Assembly: GCA_963709585.1 (NCBI GenBank)
Contig: CAVPXI010000007.1
Location: 480,001 to 544,000, forward strand
DNA: 64,000 nucleotides
Direction: 5' to 3'
Origin: Candidatus Dormiibacterota bacterium
Lineage (GTDB): Bacteria; Chloroflexota; Dormibacteria; Aeolococcales; Aeolococcaceae
In this document: piece after piece, positions 1-8,200 of the stretch
Numbering within the stretch: position 1 is the stretch's first letter
Layout of the letters: every line of letters starts with the position of its first letter
Notes under the pieces: generated by a model
The model's database searches: none
What the model saw: only the letters and a program-made list of their open reading frames with translations
Told to the model about the DNA's origin: nothing
Translations under genes and position numbers: made by a program

Positions 1-21
1 CGCCTTCGAGCTGGAAAGGAT

Positions 22-1110
22 TTGAGCCTCAGTGTCGGCATCGTGGGACTGCCAAACGCGGGGAAGTCGACGCTGTTCAACGCGATGACCCAGGCGGGCG
101 CGGCGGTTGGCAACTATCCGTTCACCACCATCGAGCCGAACACCGGCGTGGTGCCGGTCCCGGACACGCGTCTCGACAGGCTCGCCGCCCTGTTCCAGCC
201 GCCGAAGGTGATCCCGGCGACGGTCACGTTCACCGACATCGCGGGGCTCGTCCGTGGCGCGAGCCGCGGTGAGGGGCTCGGCAACCGCTTTCTCGGCCAC
301 ATCCGCGAAGCCGATGCGACCGCGCTCGTGGTTCGCGCATTCGAGGATCCCGACGTGACCCACGTGGAGGGCGGCGTCGACCCGGTTCGCGATATCGACG
401 TGCTCGAGCTCGAGCTGCAGCTCGCGGATCTCGAAACCATCACGAAGAGGCTGGAGCGCACCGAGAAGACGTCACGCCTGCAAAAGGAGAAGGAGCTCGA
501 GATGATCGCGCTGCTGCGTCGCGTCCAGGAGCACCTCAACCAGGGAAGACCGGTGCGGACGATGGCGCTCACTCCCGAGGAGCAGGCGACGTTGCGTGAG
601 TTCTGGTTGCTGACCGGGAAACCGCTGATGGTGGTCGTCAACGTCGCCGAGTCGGCGGCGCGGGCGCCGGTCCCCACGGAGGTCGTCGAGCGCGCGTCGC
701 TCGCGGGCGGGGAGGCCATCGCCGTCTCGGCGCGCATCGAGAACGACATCGCCGAGCTCGACCCCGCCGACCGGGCAGCCTTCCTGCACGACCTCGGTCT
801 CGAGGAGCCCGGCCTCTACCGCGTCGCACGCAGCGCCTACCGATTGCTCCGCCTGATCACGTTCTTCACCGCGGGCGATACCGAGGTTCGCGCCTGGAAC
901 CTCCGCGAGGGCGAGACCGCTCTCGACGCCGCGGCGAGCATCCACACCGACATCGCGCGCGGTTTCATCCGCGCCGAGGTGACCGGCGCCGAGGAGCTGC
1001 TCGACGCGGGTTCCTACGCGGTACTTCGCGAACGTGGCAAGCAGCGGCTCGAGGGCCGCGACTATGTGATGCGCGACGGCGACGTCATCCACGTGCGATT
1101 CAATGTCTGA
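22..1110 (+). CDS. ychF: Redox-regulated ATPase YchF (Obg family)
   Basis: GIVGLPNAGKSTLFN P-loop, NYPFTTIEPN, DIAGLV, and C-terminal TGS domain ending DGDVIHVRFNV; TTG start. Confidence 0.97.
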   Translation: MSLSVGIVGLPNAGKSTLFNAMTQAGAAVGNYPFTTIEPNTGVVPVPDTRLDRLAALFQPPKVIPATVTFTDIAGLVRGASRGEGLGNRFLGHIREADATALVVRAFEDPDVTHVEGGVDPVRDIDVLELELQLADLETITKRLERTEKTSRLQKEKELEMIALLRRVQEHLNQGRPVRTMALTPEEQATLREFWLLTGKPLMVVVNVAESAARAPVPTEVVERASLAGGEAIAVSARIENDIAELDPADRAAFLHDLGLEEPGLYRVARSAYRLLRLITFFTAGDTEVRAWNLREGETALDAAASIHTDIARGFIRAEVTGAEELLDAGSYAVLRERGKQRLEGRDYVMRDGDVIHVRFNV

Positions 1111-1849
1111 CGTGGTCATCGCCGGCGGGCAGCGCCTGCAGTTGATCATCGACGCTCCCGCGCCGGGTGCGGAGAACATGCGCCGCGATCTGTCGCTGCT
1201 CGACGCCTGCGCTCGTGGCGAGATCCCCGGGGCGGTGCGTCTCTACGGTTTCGACCCGGCGTGTCTGAGCCTCGGCCGGATGCAGCTGCTCGACGACGTG
1301 GATCTCGCGGCATGCGATCGAGACGGCGTCGACGTGGTGCGCCGTCCGAGCGGCGGCCGCGCTGTGCTCCACGACCAGGAGGTCACCTACTCGGTGGTGT
1401 GCCGATCGGACGATCCCGTCTTCGGCGGCCGGGTGCTTGAATCCTGTTCTCGGATCCATGCGGCGGTCGCGGCCGGTCTCGCGACGCTCGGCGTGCGCAC
1501 TACGCCGCGCGCGATGCCTGCCAACCTGCGACGCGACGCTCGCGAGGTCGCGGCTGTCGCGGACTGCTTCGCGCGGCCCGCAGCCCACGAGCTGCTCGAC
1601 GATCGCGGCCGCAAGCTGGTCGGCAGTGCCCAGGCGAGGCGCGCGGGCGCGTTGCTCCAGCACGGCTCGGTGTTGTTGGATTCGCCGCGCGCTGCGGTGT
1701 ATCTGAACATCGGCGACACGAACCTCGTGCCACCGGAAGCCGGCGTGCGCGACCTGCTCGGCCGCCACGTGAGTCGCGAGGAACTCGTCGACGCGCTCGC
1801 TGCCGGGTTCAGGCGGTCTCTCGAGGTGCCCTTCCCGGCGCGCGACTGA
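1103..1849 (+). CDS. Lipoate-protein ligase A / octanoyltransferase (LipM/LplA family)
   Basis: NMxxD, LSLGRMQ, VVRRPSGGRAVLH, KLVGSAQ and LQHGS motifs; overlaps the ychF stop. Confidence 0.9.
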   Translation: MSDVVIAGGQRLQLIIDAPAPGAENMRRDLSLLDACARGEIPGAVRLYGFDPACLSLGRMQLLDDVDLAACDRDGVDVVRRPSGGRAVLHDQEVTYSVVCRSDDPVFGGRVLESCSRIHAAVAAGLATLGVRTTPRAMPANLRRDAREVAAVADCFARPAAHELLDDRGRKLVGSAQARRAGALLQHGSVLLDSPRAAVYLNIGDTNLVPPEAGVRDLLGRHVSREELVDALAAGFRRSLEVPFPARD

Positions 1850-1903
1850 TTTTTCGCTCCCGGATCGGGGCTCCCGACCCTCCGGACATGGACATCGGCG
1901 CTG

Positions 1904-1922
1904 CGAACATATGTTCTATACT
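1904..1922 (+). promoter_or_regulatory. LexA (SOS/Cheo) box abutting a -10 element
   Basis: Perfect palindrome GAACATATGTTC (1905-1916) matching GAAC-N4-GTTC, immediately followed by TATACT (1917-1922). Confidence 0.8.
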
Positions 1923-1947
1923 ACAGAAATGTGTAGTGCCGAGGCGA

Positions 1948-3201
1948 TGCGTAACCCACTGGAGACGCTCATCCGGACGATCGAGCACTTTGCCGAGGTG
2001 CCAACTCTGGAGCTGACTCCGGCGGAGCTCGGGGACCACCTGGTCCGGCTCCGGCGTGGCATCGATCTCCTCGAGCTCTCCTTCGCGTCCGATGCTGCCA
2101 CGTTCGCGGCGACCGACGAGTACGACGCCCAGGGCTCTGTCACCCCGATCGACTGGATCCGCCATCACTGCCACATGTCCGGCAACGCCGCTGCCAGGGC
2201 GGTCGCGGCTGGAGCGCAGGTGAGCCGTCTCCCCGCCAGTCTCACGGCGCTCGACGCAGGGGACATCGGTTTCGCCCATTTTTCGCTGCTGGCGGGGGTC
2301 GCTCGTGCCGTCGGCGCCAGCTCCAGCGCTGACGGCACGGATGACCCCACGCGTGTCGGCGCCACCAGCTTCGATGAGGGCCCTCTGCTCGAACTGGCCC
2401 GGGAGCACTCGGTCGGCCGCTTCGGTCGTGACTGTGACCACGCTCGCCATGTACACGACGCAGCCACAGTTCTCGAGGAACATGTGACCGCCGCGGAGCG
2501 CAACCGCTGCGAGTTCATTCCCTGCGAGGGCGGCTTCATGGCGATGCGTGGTTTCTTCGACCCCATCGCGGCGGCCACGATCAAGACAGCGGTGCTCCCG
2601 CTGAGCAGACGCACGGGCGCAGGCGACGACCGGCCGCTCCCCCGCCGCCTCGCCGACGCGCTGGTCGAGGTCGCGAGCCACGCCCTTGACCTCGGAGCGA
2701 TCCCGACCACGGGCGGGGCGCGCACCCACCTCCAGCTCACCGCCTCGGTCGAGACGGTGATGGGCCTGGAGGGAGCACCTGGCGGCGAGCTGGAATTCGC
2801 CGGCGCTGTTCCAGCCGCCACCGTGCAGCGGCTCGCCTGCGATGCCCGCGTCCGCCGCGTCCTTCTCGGACCTGATTCCGCGGTGATCGACGTCGGCCGC
2901 GCGCTCCGGTTGCCAAGCCCTGCCGCCCGAGCGGCGCTTCGGGTTCGGTCCGGTGGATGCGAATGGCCCGGCTGTGATCGCCCGGTGGCGTTCACCAGTG
3001 CGCATCACGTGGTGCACTGGGGCCACGGCGGCCGGAGCGACGTGGACAATCTGGTCCTGCTCTGCTACCGCCATCACTGGATGGTCCATGAGGGTGGCTG
3101 GCAGCTGGCCCGGGTCGAGCGCCGGCAACTCCTTGCGATACCGCCTTCGCGGAACTCATCGCTCCTGGATCCGCGCCCCCGATACCGCCGTCGTCGGGTA
3201 G
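1948..3201 (+). CDS. DUF222 / HNH endonuclease domain protein (13E12-repeat-like); likely frameshift near the C-terminus
   Basis: RxADALVE, RLACDA, DVGR, CxxPGC, HHVVHW..GG..D..NL..LC..HH..VH HNH signature. As sequenced the ORF reads to 3299; removing one A at 3152-3157 gives the end ..PPSRTHRSWIRAPDTAVVG* at 3201. Start is uncertain (1911/1929/1948). Confidence 0.85.
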
Positions 3202-3256
3202 CGGCGCCCAGTCGGCCAGGGGTGGCCAATGTCACTAGTGCGGCGTGGTACACCGC

Positions 3257-3290
3257 CGTGTCCGCAAAAGTAAGGTTGGGCGCGTTGGGA
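3257..3290 (+). promoter_or_regulatory. Putative ECF-sigma autoregulatory promoter (copy 1)
   Basis: CGTGTCCGCAAAA-N12-GCGTTGGGA, conserved with identical spacing upstream of the paralogous sigma gene (42651-42684, minus strand). Confidence 0.65.
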
Positions 3291-3295
3291 ATAGC

Positions 3296-3818
3296 GTGAT
3301 CGCATCATCCGGTCTGATGACGTCGGGTGAAGGCGCGCCCGAACGCGCCTTCGAGGCGGTCGTCACGGCGGATGTGAGGCGCCTCTACTCCCTGGCGCTT
3401 TCCATCCTCGATGACGCCGGCGAAGCCGAGGACGCTGTCCAGGAGACGCTGCTCAAGGCGTGGCGAGCCTGGGAACTCGCTGTCGCACATCGATCGTCAG
3501 GCGGCGTGGTTGACGCGGGTGTGCGTCAACCACTGCATCAGCCGGCGCCGGATGCTTCGATCGCGGGGCCTGCCGCTGCCCGGACTGATCGACCGCGCCG
3601 CGCCGTCGCCCGGTGGAGGAGCTGAGGCTGAGCGCATCGACATGGATCGCGCCTACCGGCGGCTGTCCAACAAGCAGCGTGCTGCGATCACGCTCAACTA
3701 CCGACATGGGTATTCCGTGGACGAGTGCGCCGTATATATGGGGTGCCGGCCGGGAACGGTGCGAACCCATCTCGAACGCGCCCTCGCCACCCTTCGAAAG
3801 GAGCTAAAAGATGATTGA
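3296..3818 (+). CDS. ECF RNA polymerase sigma factor (copy 1), one apparent frameshift
   Basis: Region 2 AEDAVQETLLKAWR and WLTRVCVNHC; region 4 RLSNKQRAAITL..GYSVDECA..MGCRPGTVRTHL. The halves join if one A is removed at 3473-3478. Confidence 0.9.
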
Positions 3819-4767
3819 CATCGGTCCTCGACTGGACAGCAGGCTCCGGGACAAGTTTGACCGTATCGACGCCGAACCCCCGCCGCAACGTCTCATGACC
3901 TTCCAACCGACCGCGACGCGGCGTCGCCACAGGTCGGTGAATGTAGTCGTCAGTGTGGCCGCGATCGCGGTGGTCGCCGCGGGCGCTATCGCATTCGCAC
4001 TGGAACTTGGCGGTCATTCACATCCGACGCCGACAACGTCGCCGGCGCAGGAGGCCCCGCTCCCGAGGATGCCTGTCTACAGCGCACCTCCCCCTCCCCC
4101 GCACTTCTACGCCCCGACACCGATGCCCGTCTACGGCACCGGCTTCCCGGCGTCGTGGTACATCGTGATCCCGGTCACCCAGCACACCGGGTCGGCGGTG
4201 CTGCCGGCCTTTATTCCGGAGGGGTGGGAGTACATCCAGTACGCCTGCGTTGGTGGCGGACACCTCCAGATCGTGACGGCCGATGGCACGGTCAACGAGA
4301 GCCTAAAACCATGCTCGAGCTCAGTTCATCCAGTCAATGCCCAGATCTCAGGTCCCTACGGCCCGTTGAAAGGCAGACCCGTGGCCTTGAAGGTGGTGAC
4401 CAGCCCATCCGTGCACTGGGAGATCGTCGTTGCCGAGACCGCCACGCCGTTGATCCTGCCTACACTGCCGCCCTTGCCGGCGGGCGCGAAGGTGCTCGTT
4501 CCCTTGACCTACGGACAAGGAATCGCCGCACTGCCGAGTTTCACTCCCCACGGTTCGAACCAGATGCAGTGGTGGTGTTCAGGTCCTGGAGGAATCCAGG
4601 TGTTCGTTTCCAACGGAGACCAAAGCACCAGCGCGTCGACGTGCGCTGGCGGTCCGAGCGGGGGCGGCGGGACGGACGACTACGCGGGGAACCGCGAAAC
4701 GCTTGTGGTCGACGTGAGCCCCGATAACACGTGGGAGATCCGCGTCTACTGGCAGCCGAGCGGGTAG
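3811..4767 (+). CDS. Putative anti-sigma / membrane sensor with two tandem extracellular repeat domains
   Basis: 8-nt overlap with the sigma stop; short N-terminal LDSRLR segment, one TM helix, Pro-rich linker, two ~95-aa repeats each with two Cys and ending WEI. Confidence 0.7.
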   Translation: MIDIGPRLDSRLRDKFDRIDAEPPPQRLMTFQPTATRRRHRSVNVVVSVAAIAVVAAGAIAFALELGGHSHPTPTTSPAQEAPLPRMPVYSAPPPPPHFYAPTPMPVYGTGFPASWYIVIPVTQHTGSAVLPAFIPEGWEYIQYACVGGGHLQIVTADGTVNESLKPCSSSVHPVNAQISGPYGPLKGRPVALKVVTSPSVHWEIVVAETATPLILPTLPPLPAGAKVLVPLTYGQGIAALPSFTPHGSNQMQWWCSGPGGIQVFVSNGDQSTSASTCAGGPSGGGGTDDYAGNRETLVVDVSPDNTWEIRVYWQPSG

Positions 4768-4780
4768 GCCGAGACACTCC

Positions 4781-4809
4781 TTGAACACCACCGCATGATG
4801 TGCTAGCGT
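4781..4809 (+). promoter_or_regulatory. Sigma70-type promoter
   Basis: TTGAAC-N17-TAGCGT with extended -10 TG. Confidence 0.55.
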
Positions 4810-4815
4810 TCGGCA

Positions 4816-4945
4816 AAGGCCACCAGATGTAGGGCTGCACCCCTTGCATCCAAGGCTCGTCGGGCAGCGGGCGCCGGGCTCTCTCATCGCCAGGCCATGG
4901 CTCCAATCGTGGCCTCTCCCATCCGGAGGCCCGCTGCCTGCCCCG
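4816..4945 (+). ncRNA. Candidate structured small RNA of unknown family
   Basis: Downstream of the promoter at 4781-4809. Hairpin 4826-4850, then long hairpin GGCAGCGGGC (4863-4872)/GCCCGCTGCC (4929-4938) with inner stem 4892-4899/4908-4915 and CU-rich internal loops. Confidence 0.4.
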
Positions 4946-5022
4946 TCTCGACGCTCGGCGCACGGTCCGCGGTTTCGACGTCGGGTCGGGTCCGCACCCC
5001 CCTGATACGCTTCGATGAGTTC

Positions 5023-5496
5023 ATGGCCAAGAAGACCCGAAAGCAGAAGCAGCGCGCGGCGACGCGGCGCCCGGGAACACCCGCCCCGGCAGCACCCCGA
5101 AACGCCGCTCCACGACAGGCGACAGCGCCGGCGCCCGTCACCCCACGCCCGGTGCTCGCCCAGGTACTGCCCGAGACCATCCTGCCGTTGCCTGGCACCG
5201 AACTCGAGATCGAGTTCGAGGCAGACGAGGACGCGGGTGAGAACATCGCCGCGAGCACGGACGGCGCATCGCGCCGCCGCGTGCAGCGGGTCAACCCGGC
5301 AGCCCAGCCACGGCCGATCCGGGGCCAGGTGACCGCCGCCGCGCTCTTCCAGCCGCTCGACAGCGACGAGGCCGCGATCCCATTCGACCGCGTTCCGTAT
5401 GTGCCCCGCGATCTTCGTCGGGTTGCGATCATGGCGTCGCTCATGGTCGTCCTCATCCTCATCGCGGCGGTCGTGGTGACGCGCATCAATCCGTGA
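5023..5496 (+). CDS. Hypothetical tail-anchored membrane protein
   Basis: Basic, Pro-rich disordered N-terminus, no signal peptide, single C-terminal hydrophobic helix after YVPRDLRR; TG-N-TACGCT -10 at 5003-5011. Confidence 0.75.
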   Translation: MAKKTRKQKQRAATRRPGTPAPAAPRNAAPRQATAPAPVTPRPVLAQVLPETILPLPGTELEIEFEADEDAGENIAASTDGASRRRVQRVNPAAQPRPIRGQVTAAALFQPLDSDEAAIPFDRVPYVPRDLRRVAIMASLMVVLILIAAVVVTRINP

Positions 5497-5512
5497 GCAC
5501 CGAGACACGCGC

Positions 5513-6686
5513 GTGCGAGTGATCCTCTATACCGGGAAGGGTGGGGTCGGCAAGACGACCGTCGCGGCTGCAACCGCGGTCAAGTGCGCGAACCTCGGCT
5601 ACAAGACGCTGGTGATCAGCACCGACGCCGCGCACAGCCTCGGCGACAGCGTCGATCAGGAGATCGGCGACCACCCGACCGAGCTCGCCCCGAATCTGTG
5701 GGGACAGGAGGTCAACGCGCTCCACGAGCTCGAGGAACACTGGGATCGCATCCACATCTACCTGACGTCGCTGTTCGCGTCGCAGGGCGTGGACGACATC
5801 GTCGCCGAGGAGATGGCGTCGCCTCCGGGGATGGAGGAGGTCGCGAGCCTCATGTGGATCAAGAAGCACAAGCGCGAGGGCAAGTTCGACGTCCTCATCG
5901 TGGATTGCGCGCCGACCGGCGAGACACTCCAGCTGCTCGCGTTTCCAGACGTCGCCAAGTGGTATCTCGATCGCATCTTCCCGATCCACCGGATGATGAA
6001 CAAGGTGGCGCGCCCAATGATGCAGCCGTTCATCAGCATCCCCCTGCCGAGCGACGAGATCTTCAGCAATGTCAAGGACCTGCTCCTCGACCTCGAGGGG
6101 ATGAAAAAGATCCTCGGCGATCCCAAGGTGTGCACCACGCGGATCGTGCTCAACCTCGAAAAGATGGTGGTCAAGGAGGCGCAGCGAGCGTTCACGTATC
6201 TGAGCCTGTACGACTACCTCACCGACCTGGTGGTGGTGAACCGCGTCCTGCCACCCGAGGTCACGGACACCTATTTCGACTCGTGGCGCGAGGCGCAGCA
6301 GCGCTACGCCCTCATGGTCGAGACCGCGTTCTCACCGATCCCGACGTTGCAGACCAAGCTGTTCGACCACGAGATCGTCGGGCTCGAACTCGCTCGCCGA
6401 GATGGGTGAGTCCATCTACGGCGACCTCGATCCTTCGCAGATCTTCTACCACGCGGTGCCCCAGCGCATCCGCAAGGTTGGCAACAACTACGAGCTGCAG
6501 CTCCACCTCCCGTTCGTCGGCAAGGAGGACGTCGACATCAAGCATCGCGAGGGCGAGCTCTTCGTCAGCGTCGGTCCGTACAAGCGCGAGATCTCACTGC
6601 CCCGGGTGCTCAACGGCAAGCGCGTGACCAAGGGGCGTCTCGAAGAGGGCACGCTCCTGGTGACGTTCTCGGATCGCAAGCCATGA
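5513..6686 (+). CDS. ArsA/Get3 family ATPase with C-terminal HSP20-like (alpha-crystallin) domain; one apparent frameshift
   Basis: GKGGVGKTT, STDAAHSLGD, PGMEE, DCAPTGETL motifs. The C-terminal beta-rich domain is in ORF 6402-6686 and joins if one A is removed at 6386-6391 (GLDSLAEMGES). Confidence 0.9.
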
Positions 6687-6946
6687 CCGAACCGTGTCGC
6701 ATCTGCCCCACCCGCCTGGTCGACGAGGCGTCTCGGATGCTCGGGACCTCGTTTGGTGAGCTCGTGCCACCCGAGGCCCAGCGCCACCTGCTGATCGCCC
6801 AGCGCGAGCTCCTGCTGGCCCTGGCGGCGGTGATCGAGCACCACACCCAGCCGCCCGCATCCACCGAGTCTCCGTCGCGCGGCCGCAAGCGATCAGCAGG
6901 TGGAACGGGGCGCTCGCGGCGGCCGTCGCGGGTCGAGCTCGAGTAG
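6683..6946 (+). CDS. Small hypothetical protein coupled to the ArsA-family gene (DUF5304-like)
   Basis: ATGA overlap; CxxCP, helical HLLIAQRELLLAL, C-terminal RVELE. Confidence 0.65.
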   Translation: MTEPCRICPTRLVDEASRMLGTSFGELVPPEAQRHLLIAQRELLLALAAVIEHHTQPPASTESPSRGRKRSAGGTGRSRRPSRVELE

Positions 6947-6956
6947 CCGGCGCCGG

Positions 6957-7694
6957 GTGACCAGTCCCGGTACCTACCTGGCGATCGTTCTCTACACCCT
7001 GCCAGGTTTCGTGTTCGGATCGGTGATCCACGAGCTCAGCCACGCCGCGATCGCGTTGCGCTGCGGCGACCCGACCCCACGCCGGGTTGGGCGCATGACC
7101 CTCGATCCGCGTCGCAATATCGACCCGTACGGGTGCTTCGCGCTGCTCGTGGCGGGAGTCGGTTGGGGCCGGCCGGTCCCGCTCGATCCTCTGTATCTCC
7201 GCGACGGCAGGCAGCGCGCTGCGGTCGCGGCGGCAGGACCGCTCGCCCACCTCGTCGTCGCGGCCATCTTCGCGGGGGCGCTGCGCGTGGAGTTGCTCGG
7301 GTCGAGCGTCGACCTGGGAGGATTCGACACGCTCGCCCAGTTCACACTCCAGGGAGTGATCCTCGGCGTGCTGTTGCAGGGGTTCCTGGTCAACATCGCG
7401 CTCTTCGTCTTCAATGCGCTGCCGATTCCGGGCCTCGACGGGTACGCGGTGGTGCGCAGCCTCCTGTTCGGCGTCGCACCGCGCGTCTTCCTGTATCTCG
7501 AGCAGTACCGCTACGTGATCTACGCGCTCGCCGCCGTGGTGGCGCTGCTCCTTCCACCTCTGACCCACGGCGCTGTCGACGCCGTTGCCGCGATGACGGT
7601 GGGGACTGCCTCGCTCACCGTTCACCATCTGATCGTGCCCGGCGTGGATCCGATCTTCATCGGGCTGCCGAACGTGTTTCACCTGCTGTCATGA
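6957..7694 (+). CDS. Site-2 protease (peptidase M50)
   Basis: HELSH zinc motif, GDPTP..GR.TL.P, FNALPIPGLDG. Confidence 0.92.
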   Translation: MTSPGTYLAIVLYTLPGFVFGSVIHELSHAAIALRCGDPTPRRVGRMTLDPRRNIDPYGCFALLVAGVGWGRPVPLDPLYLRDGRQRAAVAAAGPLAHLVVAAIFAGALRVELLGSSVDLGGFDTLAQFTLQGVILGVLLQGFLVNIALFVFNALPIPGLDGYAVVRSLLFGVAPRVFLYLEQYRYVIYALAAVVALLLPPLTHGAVDAVAAMTVGTASLTVHHLIVPGVDPIFIGLPNVFHLLS

Positions 7695-8200
7695 GCTCTG
7701 TGGTGATCGACGGCGTCGAGTGGACGGTCGAGGGTGCGCAGCTGGCGATCGTGCAACGTGGGCGAGTGCTCCTCCAGTTCCGGCCGTGGCCGCCAGGATG
7801 GGAGCTTCCCGGTGGTCACTGCGAACCCTACGAGGACCCGGCGGCCACGGCGGCACGCGAGACCGAGGAAGAGACCGGCTACAAGGTGCGCGTCGAGGGC
7901 ATCGTCGGCGTGTATTCGTGGCGCGGACTCCGGTCCGCGGGCGACGTGGTCTTCCTCGGCCAGGTCATCGGCGGCGCGCCGCGGCGCAGCCTCGAGGCCT
8001 GGTCGCTCCGCATGGCCGCCCCTGACCTGCTGCCTCGAACCGTGTTTCCGTGGATGCGCCAGCGAGTGCGCGACGCGGTCGACGTGGCGGACGGGGCTGC
8101 TCCTGTACACCGAGAGCAGCCGGTGACGATCCGCCACGTGCTCGGCTTTGCGACCGCGTGGCTGCACACGCCGGTCGACCGCCTGCTGCGACGCCGATGA
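7691..8200 (+). CDS. NUDIX hydrolase
   Basis: Nudix box GGHCEPYEDPAATAARETEEETG. Confidence 0.88.
   Translation: MSSVVIDGVEWTVEGAQLAIVQRGRVLLQFRPWPPGWELPGGHCEPYEDPAATAARETEEETGYKVRVEGIVGVYSWRGLRSAGDVVFLGQVIGGAPRRSLEAWSLRMAAPDLLPRTVFPWMRQRVRDAVDVADGAAPVHREQPVTIRHVLGFATAWLHTPVDRLLRRR

Noticed and set aside
4820-4835. NrdR-box-like sequence CCACCAGATGTAGGGC
   Set aside because: Only one good copy (they are usually tandem), no nucleotide-reduction gene follows, and it also forms part of an RNA hairpin
5513-6686. Arsenic-resistance operon
   Set aside because: Single-domain ATPase with an HSP20-like tail and no arsB/acr3/arsC/arsR/arsD nearby
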